A DNA stretch of 64,000 nt. Source: Terriglobia bacterium (GTDB lineage Bacteria; Acidobacteriota; Terriglobia; 20CM-2-55-15). The notes under the pieces were generated by a model, which was not told where the DNA came from, made no database searches, and saw nothing but the letters and a program-made list of their open reading frames with translations. Shown one piece after another: positions 18,341 through 29,900 of this stretch; the stretch's first letter is position 1, and every line of letters begins with the position of its first letter. Both the position numbers and the translations under genes were made by a program. The stretch is taken from the NCBI GenBank assembly GCA_963664115.2, contig CAXWPJ010000004.1, forward strand, positions 1 through 64,000, read 5' to 3'.

Positions 18341-20278
18341 TTGCGCCTTGAAAGCGCATGAAGTCTAGTCGCCTGAAATGGCGCCCGTGGCAAAGCTTAG
18401 CCCGCAGCCACGAACCGAGTCTTGCGTGGGGGCCGGTAACGGTCACTGCGAAGCGTAGACAGGGAGGGAGTAGGCCGGAACGCAAGTGAACGGAAAGATA
18501 GCCCCGAAATCGATCGTGGTTGAAGTAGCCGACCTTGTCTCTCTATGGGGAAGGCGGAATCGCAGGGCGTGCAATGGCAAGCGTTCTGGGGTGCTTCCGG
18601 GGTTCGTACCGCCGGCATATAACTGAGAGATTTCATGGGAACAAGGGAGATCCGTCAGGCTCAAGCGGAGCTTGTAGGGTTGGACAAGCCCACAACGTGA
18701 GGACAACCCGAAGGCCTGGCGGAAGTCAGACTGACTGATAGTACTCCGAGGTCGGGAGAACCGATCACATGGGGAAGCGGTCAGCGGAAGAGGAATTGTT
18801 CAAGGGAAACATGGGCTCCATTCAATGGGAGGATTCGGCCCTCTATACAACGAGAGGAACTGCCAGTCATGGAAACGAAACTGGAACAAATAGCAGCGAA
18901 AGCTCGGAGTGAACCCAAGCTCCGGTTCACATCGCTGGCGCATCATGTCACCCGAGAGAGGGTGTGGAAGAGCCTTTGTGCGATTCCACGGAACTCTGCT
19001 CCCGGATGTGATGGCCAGAGAGTGCCGGAGGCGAAGGAAGAATTCGGGGACTGGGTGGAGCCGATGCTCGAATCGGTACACCGGAAGGGATATCGCGCAC
19101 CGCCGATTCGGCGAGTGTATATCCCCAAGCCCGGCAAACAGGAGAAACGTCCCCTGGGCGTGCCTTGTGTTCAAGATCGGGCCCTTCAGCGCAGCGTGGC
19201 CGAGGTGCTGACAGCCATCTACGAACAGGACTTCTTGCCTTGTTCTTTTGGTGGTCGGCCTGGGCTGGGTGCGCACTATGCACTGGCAACCCTGCATGAG
19301 GTGATTGCTGGGCGCAAGGTGAGTTGGGTGTTGGAGGCAGACCTGAAGAACTTTTTCGGGAGTTTAGACCATGGATGGCTACTCCGCTTTGTGGAGCATC
19401 GAGTCGGAGATCCGCGGATCATCAGCCTGATTCGACGATGGTTGAAGGCGGGGGTGTTCGAAGACGGAGAATTGCATCCCAACGATGAGGGAACCCCACA
19501 GGGTGGGTCGATCAGCGTTCTGCTGAGCAATCTGTACCTGCACTATGTGCTCGACCTGTGGTTTGACCGGATGGTCCGGCCACACCTGAAAGGTGAAGCC
19601 TATCTGGTGCGGTACATCGACGACTTTGTGGTGTGTTTCCAATATTGGGACGATGCGCTTCGTTTTCAGAACGTGCTGCGCAAGCGATTGGGAAAGTTTG
19701 GGCTGGTTCTGGAACCGACAAAGACAAAGCTCGTTGAATTCGGTCGCTTTGCTCAGCGGGATGCGGGCAAGCACGGGAGAAAACGTCCAGAAACGATCTA
19801 CTTTCTGGGCATGACCCTGTACTGCTCGCAGAATCGCAAAGGCAATTTCCGGGTGGGATTGCGCACTGAGAAGTCTCGACTTCAACGCAGTCTGGCCCAT
19901 CTACGCGATCTGATGAGACGAATGCGTCACTTGCCGGTCCGGGAGCAGGTTCAGAATCTGAATCGGGTCTTGCGTGGTCACTACGCCTACTACGGCATCG
20001 CCGGAAACTTCCGGGCCCTCCAGCACGTTGCTCGGGTCGTGGAGCGTTACTGGCGCAAGATGCTGAGCAGCCGGAGTCGCGCTGGTTACGTCCGGTGGGA
20101 GGTATTCAACCGGATTAAGACGCGCTTTCCGTTGCAGCGGCCCAAGCTGGCGCTTCCGTATCGGGAGTTCCAGTCTCTTGCTGTGTTGTGAATCCGTTTC
20201 TGAAGAGCGTAGTGCGGGAAATCCGCACGCTACGTTCTGTGGGAGCCGGAGGCGGGTGACCGCCTCCGGCGACCCGGT
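18341..20278 (+). mobile_element. Group II intron (class E/F-like); inner intron of the twintron
   Basis: Starts TTGCG, ends ACCCGGT; DV agagcgtagtgcgggaaatccgcacgctacgttct at 20204-20238; DVI with bulged A at 20272; removal rebuilds the outer DVI. Confidence 0.88.
18869..20191 (+). CDS. ltrA: Group II intron reverse transcriptase/maturase
   Basis: FTSLAHH, RPLGVP...DR..Q, GTPQGG.IS.LL.N.YLHYVLD.WF, RYIDD, L.GH..YYG. Confidence 0.95.
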   Translation: METKLEQIAAKARSEPKLRFTSLAHHVTRERVWKSLCAIPRNSAPGCDGQRVPEAKEEFGDWVEPMLESVHRKGYRAPPIRRVYIPKPGKQEKRPLGVPCVQDRALQRSVAEVLTAIYEQDFLPCSFGGRPGLGAHYALATLHEVIAGRKVSWVLEADLKNFFGSLDHGWLLRFVEHRVGDPRIISLIRRWLKAGVFEDGELHPNDEGTPQGGSISVLLSNLYLHYVLDLWFDRMVRPHLKGEAYLVRYIDDFVVCFQYWDDALRFQNVLRKRLGKFGLVLEPTKTKLVEFGRFAQRDAGKHGRKRPETIYFLGMTLYCSQNRKGNFRVGLRTEKSRLQRSLAHLRDLMRRMRHLPVREQVQNLNRVLRGHYAYYGIAGNFRALQHVARVVERYWRKMLSSRSRAGYVRWEVFNRIKTRFPLQRPKLALPYREFQSLAVL

Positions 20279-20310
20279 CCTGGAGGTGCGATTCCTCCGG
20301 GCTACTCACC

Positions 20311-20840
20311 CATGGTGTAGTCTTCGTTCTCGAGAAGATCAACACGGGTGCCGTCGAGGTCAAAGAATCTAATCTCTGCGGAGCCGCTTGCCATTCCCCG
20401 CGCATTGGAGATCACGAGTTCGGTGCCGATACCTTCGACAGAGGCGATGATCGGGAAGTAAAGGGCTTCATTGTACTGATTGTTTGTAGTCATGGGTGCA
20501 TCGTCCAGAGGAACAAACTGACGGATCCAGTCGTGGATGGACCCGACACGGGTGTAGACGGAAACGACCGGGACGCCCGATTCCGCCGACCGCCCCAGGA
20601 TCGAAGCGACGCCCACCTGGGCCCATCCGTCCGGGGTCGACACCAGAAGCGGACTCCCGCTGTCCCCGCTGTTGATCCCCTTCCCGGGTGCGCCGGCGCA
20701 GAGTGTGCGCTCATGGACAACCTCGTCTTCGCTGGCGAGGGCATACTCCCGCCGGCAATCCTCCGGGGTCGACAATGGGATATCGACCCTCCGGAGACCG
20801 TCGCTCCACTCGTTGTTTTCCTTCCGCCCGTATCCCGCTG
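20311..20840 (-). pseudogene. Trypsin-like (S1) serine protease, central fragment; 5' part removed by IS256
   Basis: AGYG, LCAG, GDSGSPL, W.QVGV.S, VYTRV....DWI. Confidence 0.85.
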
Positions 20841-22461
20841 GGTTATGTTTCAGAGTTTCTGCAAAAAGGCCCTGAAATAGGAAGGGGCCAAGGTATCTCC
20901 GAAAAGTTGGTAACCAACAACTTTGAAACGAAGGAGATGAACCGATGGCCCGAACTAAGATTAAGCGAAAGGGCGTGGATTGGAAAGAACTGTTAGGAGA
21001 GGAAAAGGATCTGCTGAAAAGCGTCATGCAGGAGATGGTTCAGGAAATTCTCGAGGCGGAGATGGAACAGACCGTGGGCGCGGTCAAGAGTGAACGAACA
21101 GGAGGTCGCACCGGATATCGGAGTGGGTATTACGAGCGGGATCTGGTCACGCGAGTGGGCAAGCTGGAGCTGCGCGTGCCGCAGGACCGAGCGGGCCGGT
21201 TCAGCACGGAAGTGTTTGAACGCTACCAACGCAGCGAGAAAGCCTGGGTGGCCAGCTTGGCCGAGATGTACGTACAGGGCGTGTCGACGCGCAAGGTCAA
21301 AGCCATCACCGAAGAATTATGCGGGCATTCGTTTTCGGCCAGTACGATCAGCCGGATTAATAAGACACTGGACACGGAGCTGAAAAAGTTTGCAACGCGA
21401 GGATTGGAGGAAGAATACCCGTACCTGATTCTGGATGCGCGCTACGAGAAGGTGCGCCAAGACGGGGTCATCCGGAGTCGAGCGGTCCTGGTGGCGATCG
21501 GAATCAACTGGGACGGCCGGCGCTGTGTCTTGGCCGTGGAACTGGCGGGGCGGGAAAGCACGACCAGTTGGCGGGAGCTCCTGTTGAACTTGAAACAACG
21601 CGGCCTGTGCGGCGTGGAGTGCGGCGTGACCGACGATCATCCGGGGTTGAAGAAAGCCATCGCAGAAGTCCTTCCGGAAGCGATCTGGCAGCGCTGCTAC
21701 GTTCACTTTCTGAGAAACGCATTGGATTATCTACCGCGCAAAGGCGATGACGATTGCCTCCAGGAACTGCGTTGGCTCTACGACCGACGGAACGTTCAGG
21801 AAGCGCTGCAGGATCTGGCCGCATGGTTGAACAAGTGGGGGCAGAAATATCGAAAACTCTGCAACTGGGTCGAAGACAGCATCGACGAGACGCTGAGCTT
21901 CTACACACTGCCGCTTCAGCATCACAAGCATATGAAATCCACCAATATGCTGGAGCGGCTCAACGAAGAGATCAAGCGGCGAACGCGCGTGGTGCGGATA
22001 TTTCCCAACGCGGCCAGCTGTCTGCGTTTGATTCGAGCGCTGACCACCGAGACGCACGAGAACTGGATCGAAGCGATCCGTTATTTGAACATGGATCTGT
22101 TGAAGGAACACAAAAAGGACTGGCACCGTCAGACGCCGGCCGTCTCAGCGCGTCAAAACGGGCCGACCCAAGGATCGGCTTCGAAGCCGATCGTCGATTA
22201 CAGGGCATCCTCGGGCTAAGAACCGCGGTGGAACACTTTCTAAGGAGCAAAAGGAATAAAAAGAACCAAAAAGAAAGAGCCACAGAGGCCTGATGGAAAT
22301 GACGCCTCAGAGGAAATCCGCAAAAGACACGGATTCCCTCTGAGCCTTGGAAAAGCTTCGCCAAGAACACTCAGCTTTCCCACATTCCCACAGGCCCGAC
22401 GGCGACAAATAAGAACTGAATGTTTCGGAAATACTTTTTGCAGAACTTGACGCACACAACT
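20841..22461 (+). mobile_element. IS256-family element
   Basis: Imperfect ~28-bp TIRs sharing ttctgcaaaaag; no TSD. Confidence 0.8.
20945..22219 (+). CDS. IS256-family transposase
   Basis: GYRSGYY.R.L.TRVG.LEL.VPQDR, MY.QGVSTRKV, LDARYEKVR, WQRC.VHF.RN, STN.LERLN.EIKRR. Confidence 0.95.
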   Translation: MARTKIKRKGVDWKELLGEEKDLLKSVMQEMVQEILEAEMEQTVGAVKSERTGGRTGYRSGYYERDLVTRVGKLELRVPQDRAGRFSTEVFERYQRSEKAWVASLAEMYVQGVSTRKVKAITEELCGHSFSASTISRINKTLDTELKKFATRGLEEEYPYLILDARYEKVRQDGVIRSRAVLVAIGINWDGRRCVLAVELAGRESTTSWRELLLNLKQRGLCGVECGVTDDHPGLKKAIAEVLPEAIWQRCYVHFLRNALDYLPRKGDDDCLQELRWLYDRRNVQEALQDLAAWLNKWGQKYRKLCNWVEDSIDETLSFYTLPLQHHKHMKSTNMLERLNEEIKRRTRVVRIFPNAASCLRLIRALTTETHENWIEAIRYLNMDLLKEHKKDWHRQTPAVSARQNGPTQGSASKPIVDYRASSG

Positions 22462-22462
22462 A

Positions 22463-22807
22463 CATTACCTCGGCTACATCACATCAGCGTACAAGGTTTC
22501 CTCTGGAAGAAATGCCACCAAGCCACATGAGTACTGGGAAAGCAAGATAGCGACAAGAGTCAAATCTAGAATCATCGAGGACTTGGGCGATGTCGACAAG
22601 ACACTCCTGCCTGCCTCGGGGAACAAGGTTGGCGTTGTTAAGAATTTTCACAGTTTAGCGCTGCAGGCTCAAACCTCGGGTCTGGCAATCGGTAAACTTC
22701 GAGGTATCGTGAACCCGGGATATTATTCGCAGGTGGACGAAGCAGCATCCCAATTTCGACATCTGGCGAAGGAAATTATCAAGAGGATGAAAATGAACGA
22801 AAGCTGA
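22463..22807 (+). pseudogene. C-terminal fragment, possibly of a ParA-family ATPase, truncated by IS256
   Basis: Open frame from the IS end: YLGYI...VKNFHSLA.QAQ..G.AI...F..LAKEII. Confidence 0.5.
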
Positions 22808-23075
22808 TCAGGTCAACAATCTAGCAGACCATTACCCTCCGGTTATGCGTATTAACTTTCTGGTGGGGGACGTGATACTCAAGCGTTACTCTATTTATCG
22901 GCAAAATCGTTCGGTCTACCCTTTTTTCGGAGGGGCAAAGTTTGGATCTGGTCGTCCGGCAGATGCATCACTTGGAATGGTGTCGGTTCACCTTGCCGAC
23001 TGCACGAATTCAATAAAATAGACGATAGAACAGAAGTAATCGAATTACTGTGGGTTTTCACAGGAGGCAAGAAAA

Positions 23076-26000
23076 ATGAGGCAGACGTTTAGCTCCGTGT
23101 TAGGCGTACTGATAGTTGCTGCTTTGGCCTGTAGCGTGGTCTGGGCGCAGGCGACGGCTCAGATCAGCGGCAGGGTAACGGACGTGACGGGGGCGCTGTT
23201 GCCCGGCGTGGAAGTGACGGCGACGCAAACCGACAGGGAGGCGTCGCGGATCGTCGTGACCAATGAAACGGGATCCTACGTTCTGTCCAGTCTTCCATTG
23301 GGTCCCTATCGACTGACGGCGACGCTGCCCGGCTTCCAGACCTTTGTCCAGACGGGCTTTGTGCTGCAGGTCGGCAACAGTTCGGTCGTCAATATCGCTC
23401 TGGAGGTCGGCCAGGTGGCGCAGACCATCGAGGTGACCGCCAACGCGGCGATGGTGGAAACGCGGAACGTCAGCGTTGCTTCGATAATGGAGAACGCCCG
23501 TGTATTGGAACTGCCGTTGGACGGACGGGCGCTGGTGGAGCTGGTCGCGCTTTCCGGCGCGGCGACGCCTGCACCTATCCTCAATGGCACGGGTGGCCGG
23601 GATCCCTTCAGCAAGGGGAATATTTCGGTGGCGGGCGGTATGGCCGCCTCATTGAATTACTCCCTGGACGGCGCCTATCACAACAATCCGGCCTTCGGGG
23701 GGTATCTGTCGATGCCGTTTCCCGATGCTCTCCAGGAGTTCAAGGTCGAAAGCGGCGTCGTCGGCGCCGAGAGCGTCGGGGAGAGGTCTTCGGGTTCGGT
23801 GCAGATGGTGACGAAATCGGGCACGAACGAGTTTCACGGGAACACGTTTTGGTTTGTGCGCAACGGTAAATTCAATGCCCGGAACGTGTTTGCGGCCTCG
23901 CGCGACTCGATCAAGCGGAACCAGTTTGGCGGAACGATTGGCGGGCCGATTATGGAGAATCAGCTGTTTTTCTTCGCCGCCTATCAGGGCACGACCTTCC
24001 GCCAGGATCCATCGGACCGAACCGCGTTTGTTCCCACGCCGGCGATGATGGCGGGCGACTTTACGGCGATCGCGTCCGCGGCATGCAACCGCCGGGCGAT
24101 TACCATGGACGCGCCGTTCGTCGACAACCGGATCGATCCGGCGCTGTTCAGCCGTGGGGCGGTACTGTTCGCCAACAAACTGCCGACGCCGTTTAATGAA
24201 TGCGGCGAAGTCAAATACGGCATTCCCGAGAAGGAAGATGCGCACCAGGCCATCGGCCGAATCGACTATCAAAGGAGCGACAGTCATTCGATATTCGGCC
24301 GGTATATCGTGGATTGGCTCGACAATCCCGCCCCCTTCGACCTCACCGGGAGCCTGCTCATCAGCGGGAGCGCGGCGAATGCCGTAAATGGCCTGGCCCA
24401 GCATTTCACGTTCGGTGACACCTATCTGATCGGTCCCGACACGGTGAACTCTCTCCGGCTGACAGCGAATCGCGTCGCGGGCGGCAAAATCCGTCCCAAC
24501 TTTACGGCGGAAGATGGCGTCGGTCCGGCCCATCTTGGGATCAAGGCATTCGCTTACCTGCCGGACGGTCCGAATTTCGCCGTCGATGACGGGTGGAGCA
24601 CGGGTTGGAGCGGAGCGGGTCCGGCCAAGACGGCTGTTTTCGCGGTCAGCAACGATCTCAGCACGCTGAGGGGCAACCACCAGATGACGTTCGGCGGGCA
24701 ATGGACGGGCTGGTTTATGAACTCGTATGCCAATGCCTATGCCAAGACGCGGTTTGAGTTCGACGGCGACTCGACCGGCTTGGGAATGGGGGATTTCCTG
24801 ACAGGGCAGGTTGAAAAGGTTCAGGATGGGCACGTTCTCGGACCAGATCAAGGCTCAAACGAATGTCGCGTTTTATTTCACCGATGTCTGGAATGTGGCT
24901 CCGCGTTTGACCTTCGACTACGGTCTCCGCTGGGCGCCACATTTACCCATCCGTAACAACGATCCCAGCGGCAGCCATTTCGACCGGGATGCGTTCGACG
25001 CCGGCGTCAAGTCAACGCAGTTCGACAAATCACCGCCGGGTATATTCTTCCAGGGGGACGCGGGATATCCGGGCTCCTACGGTTACGAAAGGTTACTGTG
25101 GAATTTTTCGCCGCGCTTCGGACTGGCCTGGGATGTCACAGGCGACGGCCGCACGTCGCTGCGGGTGTCCGGGGGAACGTTTTACGACACCATCAACGCG
25201 CGCTTCCTGGTCGGCCTGGCGAACGCCATACCATGGGCGACGCGGCTTGAGCGAAGACGGGTGGATTTCGAAGATCCGTGGGCAGGCTTTCCCGGGGGAG
25301 ATCCGTTCCCGTTTCCATCCGCACGGGGTGTTAACAGCGATTACCCCCCCCCATTTGGCGGAATGGCCGCTCGGCCCTACTGCGACAAGCCTCGACTATG
25401 ACATGCAGAACATGCGCGTGGACCAGTCAGAACATGCGCGTGGACCAGTGGAGCCTGAGCCTCCAGAGACAAATTGGGGATTGGCTTTTGTCGGGGACTT
25501 ATCTGGGAAACCACACGATCAATCTTCCGGCGTCCGTACAGATCAACCCCGCGGTGTTCATTCCGGGCGTCGGGGACGCGAACGGGAACTGCACCCACAA
25601 CGGCCAGGTCGTCCCATTTACGGTGAGCCCGGGCCGCGCATGCTCCTCAACGCGCAACACCCGCCAGCGGCGCGTGCTGACCCTGGCGGATCCGGAGAAG
25701 GGACAATTTTACGGACAGCTGCAACGCGTCGACTGGGGTGCAACGGCCAGCTACAACGGTTTACTCCTCAACATTCAGCGGCGGGCCGCGACTGGCGTCA
25801 ACCTCAACGCGAACTACACGTGGTCGCATTGCATCACCGATCCGGGCGGAATCCAGACCGGTACGCTGGGTTCTCAAAGCTACCAGAATCCGGACAACCG
25901 GAGCCTGGACCGGGGCGATTGCAGGGAGTTCGGTTCCGACCGGCGGCATCTGTTCAATTTGTCGGGGGTGATTGAATCGCCGCAGTTTTCGAGCCCCGGT

Positions 26001-26462
26001 CTCCGGGCCGTGGCGTCCAACTGGAGATTGTCGCCCATCCTCAGAATTCTCTCAGGGGGGCCGATCAATATAACAAGCGGTCGGGACAGGGCGTTGACTG
26101 GTATTTCCGGTCGGAGCTACCAACGTCCCGATCTGGTCGGGGGCGACGTGTATGGCGACAAGACTTCGAGGAACTATCTCAATGGCGACGCGTTCGCCCA
26201 AGCGGCTCTGGGTACGCATGGAAATCTGGGCCGGGGCAACGTTCACGGTCCCGGCTCCTGGGGCTTGGACATCGCCCTATCGCGGAGCTTCGAGTTCGGT
26301 GAAGATCAGAGGCTGGAATTTCGAGCGGAGGCCTTCAACGTGACCAACTCCGTGCGCCTGAACAACCCGTCAGCACGTTTATCAAGCAGCAGTTCGTTTG
26401 GCCGTATATTCAACGCGGACGACCCGAGGATCATGCAGTTCGCGTTGAAGTATTTCTTCTAA
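23076..26462 (+). pseudogene. Frameshifted Oar-like TonB-dependent receptor with carboxypeptidase-regulatory-like domain
   Basis: Three ORFs colinear with the intact paralog 26924-30277; lesions near 24813-24816 (A4), 25344-25352 (C9) and a 22-bp duplication at 25406-25449. Confidence 0.85.
25406..25449 (+). repeat. Exact 22-bp tandem duplication
   Basis: cagaacatgcgcgtggaccagt x2. Confidence 0.95.
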
Positions 26463-26736
26463 GATGGAATGACCTGTCAGTCGGGCTGTTCTGATTCAAT
26501 TTGGCCTTCCTCGAGATGGGGAAGGCTAAATTTTTTTGGAGACATCAGAGCGGGGGGACAGGCCTGGAGCGATTGCGACGGTTGGTGATGAGGCGGCGCA
26601 GGTGTGCATCACAGCTGCGCATACGAGACCCGACACAATCGTCCGATGATGCAATCCACATTACCGTTAGCACCCCGTCAAAACTTCTGCAGAGCGAAAT
26701 CCGGCATCTCCCACACCAGAATGTTGAGTGGATCAG

Positions 26737-26765
26737 TTGACGCCTGCGATCCACCGATCTACTAT
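26737..26765 (+). promoter_or_regulatory. Sigma70-type promoter candidate
   Basis: TTGACG-17 bp-TACTAT upstream of the receptor gene. Confidence 0.5.
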
Positions 26766-26923
26766 AATCTAGCAGGACATTGTTAGAGGATTAAGCGCTG
26801 GATACGCAGCGCGCAGAAAAAGATTCAAAAAGGCAGTTAATTCCGACTCCCGGCGATACGACGAGGAACGCTTAACGCATTCGTCTCGCTCGCTTTAATG
26901 GTTTACGTTGAAGGAGGATAAAA

Positions 26924-29900
26924 ATGAAGGGATTTTGGAGGTATCTATCGATTGCTCTACTCGCTTCCGTGTGCCTCTGCACCGATGTCTGGGCGCAGGG
27001 CACGGCTGAAATTAGCGGCAGGGTGACCGACGCCACGGGCGCCCTGTTGCCCGGCGTGGAAATCTCGACGACGCAAACCGACACGGGGGTGTCGCGGATC
27101 GTTGTGACCAATGAAACAGGTTCCTACATTCTGCCCAATCTTCCCTTGGGTCCCCATCAACTGACGGCGACCTTGCCCGGCTTCCAGACCTTTGTCCAGT
27201 CGGGCATTGTCCTGCAGGTCGGCAGCAGTCCGGCCATCAACATTGCGTTGGAAGTCGGCCAGGTGGCGCAGACCATCGAGGTCCAGGCCAACGCGGCGAT
27301 GGTGGAGACCCGGGCCTTGGGTATCAGCCAGGTGATCGAGAATGAGCGGATCCTGGAGTTGCCGCTGAACGGACGTGCCGTCAACGAGTTGGTAGCGCTC
27401 TTCGGGGCGGCCACAACGGCCCCGACGCTGGATGGCAATCGAGGCCGGGCGCCATTCACAAAATCCAACGTCTCGGTCGCCGGCGGGCTGCATACGGGCG
27501 TGCAATACACGCTGGACGGAGCGTATCACCAGAACCCGTACACGCAGGGGTATATGACGCTGCCCTTCCCCGACGCGCTGCAGGAGTTCAAGGTCGAAAC
27601 GGGCGCAACGGGTGCCGCGAAAGGCGGAAAGTCGGGGGGATCGGTGACCCTGGTGACGCAATCGGGGACGAACGAGTACCACGGGAACCTGTTCGAGTTT
27701 GTGCGGAACGGGAAATTTAACGCGCGGAACTTTTTCGCGACAAAAAGAGACAGCATCAAGCGGAACCAGTTCGGCGGCACCATCGGCGGCCCCGTCGTCC
27801 AGAACAGACTCTTCTTTTTCGGGGGCTACCAGGGCACGACCTTGCGCCAGGACCCATCCGACACCCTCGGTTTCGTGCCGACCGCCGCGATGATGGCGGG
27901 GGACTTCAGAGCGCTCTCTTCCGCCGCCTGCAACAGGGGCCGAGAGATTACGTTGCGCGCGCCGTTCGTCGACAACCAGATCGACCCGGCGCTGTTCAGC
28001 CCACCGGCCGTGAACCTGGCGAACAAGCTCCCCTCGTCGACCGACCCGTGCGGAAGACTAATTTATGGGGCCCCCCGCCCCGAAGACGGTCACCAATTCA
28101 TCACACGGGTCGACTACCAGTTGAGTGATAATCACTCGGTCTTCGGCCGGTACTTGTATGATTTTCTGGATCGGCCCTCGCCCTACAACATCGACGGTAA
28201 CGTCATGAACGCCCTGGAGCCATCGGTGTTCGGCCGGGCCCATTCGGTGACCGTCGGAAGTACCACCCTGTTCGGCTCGAACATCGTCCACGCCATCCGA
28301 CTGCACTCAAGTCGGCTTCTGGCCGGAAAGTTCCCTGCCGAGAACGCCGATGCTGCGCTCGGGCCGGAGGATATAGGGGTCAACGCGAACGTGTTCATCG
28401 CGCACAACCCGACCTACAGCATTAGCGGCGGGCTGGGTCCTAGCGGCTTGGCGCCGGATGGCTCAAATTCCACGGGTCCGACGAAGGTGGCCGTCTTTTC
28501 GCTGAACGACGATCTGAGCATCGTCACTGGGAGCCATCAACTGGCCATGGGTGTGCAAGCGGCCTACTGGCAGGGCAACTCCTATTCCACCGCCGGGACC
28601 TTTTCCCTCCGGTTCAGGAACCGGCGGACCGGATTGGGATGGGGCGATTTCTTCACCGGACAAGTCGACAGAGTTTCGGGCGGCACCGGCTCTCAGCAGC
28701 ATAAGATCGGACAATTCTTCGCCACATATTTCGGCGATACCTGGCAGGCCACGCCGCGGTTGACCGTAAACTACGGTGTGCGCTGGGAGCCATTTCTTCC
28801 CCTGAAAAACAAGGACTTGGCCGCGGCCCAGTTCCAGGAGGATTGGCTCGAGGCGGGATTACAGACGGTTCGGTTTAGCGATGCGCCGCCGGGAGTACTG
28901 TTTCATGACGACCCGCAGTTCACCGGTGGGCAAGCCGGCATGGACAAGAAATGGGCGAACTTCTCGCCGCGGCTGGGATTCGCATTCGACGTCAACGGGG
29001 ATGGGCGCACGTCGATCCGCGTTTCAGCAGGCTCATCCTATGACTATCCGCACACGGGGTTTCTCTCAGGCCTGACGACGTCGGGCCCGTTTAACCCGTC
29101 GCTACGGGTTTCGAGGGTGGACTTCGTAAATCCGTGGGCCACGCGTCCGGGAGGCGATCCTTTCCCACGAGCGGGAGGTCCATATATTGCTGTAGACACG
29201 CCGTGGCCCCAGTACAGCAACTTCATCGACGTCGATCCAAACACTGCGAACACACAGGTGTACCGGTGGAATCTGAGTGTCCAGCACCAGCTCGGGACGG
29301 ACTGGCTGGTCTCGGCCAGTTATCTGGGCAGCAACACGATTCACGTCTATACGAACCAGGCACAGAACAGACCGGTCTTTTTCCCGGGGAATTCTGACGC
29401 GAACGGGAACTGCCAGGCTGAGGGCTTCGTCTTTGCTGCGGGTGGACCGGACAGGACTTGTTCCACGTCGAGCAACACCGACGATCGCAGGCGGCTTCAG
29501 TTGAAATATCCGGAGCCGGGCGTCGGCGACAAATTCGGCAACTTGGGCAAAATCGACACGGGCGGCACGGCCAGCTACAACGGCATGCTGCTGTCGGTGC
29601 AGCGACGGGCGACGGGTGGAGTGACGCTGAACGTGAACTATACCTGGTCCCATTGCATCAGCGATCCGTGGCTGTTTAACATCCATAGCAGTCACGGTGG
29701 CGGCGGCTTGATCCAGCCCAACAACCGGGCCTATGACCGCGGCAACTGCGTGGACACGGGCGACGACCGGCGGCATCTCTTCAATACGTCCGTGGTGATG
29801 GCAAGCCCCGAGTTCTCCAATCCGACGGCCCGCGCGCTGGCATCGGGCTGGCAGTTTTCCTCGATTATCCGGGTGTTGTCGGGAGCCTTCATGTCGGTGG

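Larger units (their letters stand above)
16504..20310 (+). mobile_element. Group II intron, RmInt1-like (bacterial class D); outer intron of a twintron
   Basis: 5' GTGTGCTACAG and domain I text resembling RmInt1; DV gagccggatgagctgagaggttcacgtccggttc; DVI split at 18340/20279; 3' end ctactcacc; removal restores the host reading frame. Confidence 0.9.

Noticed and set aside
17047-20191. Retron, DGR or two-RT defence system
   Set aside because: Both RTs have maturase X domains and are embedded in recognisable group II ribozyme domains; no template/variable repeat pair or msr-msd was found.
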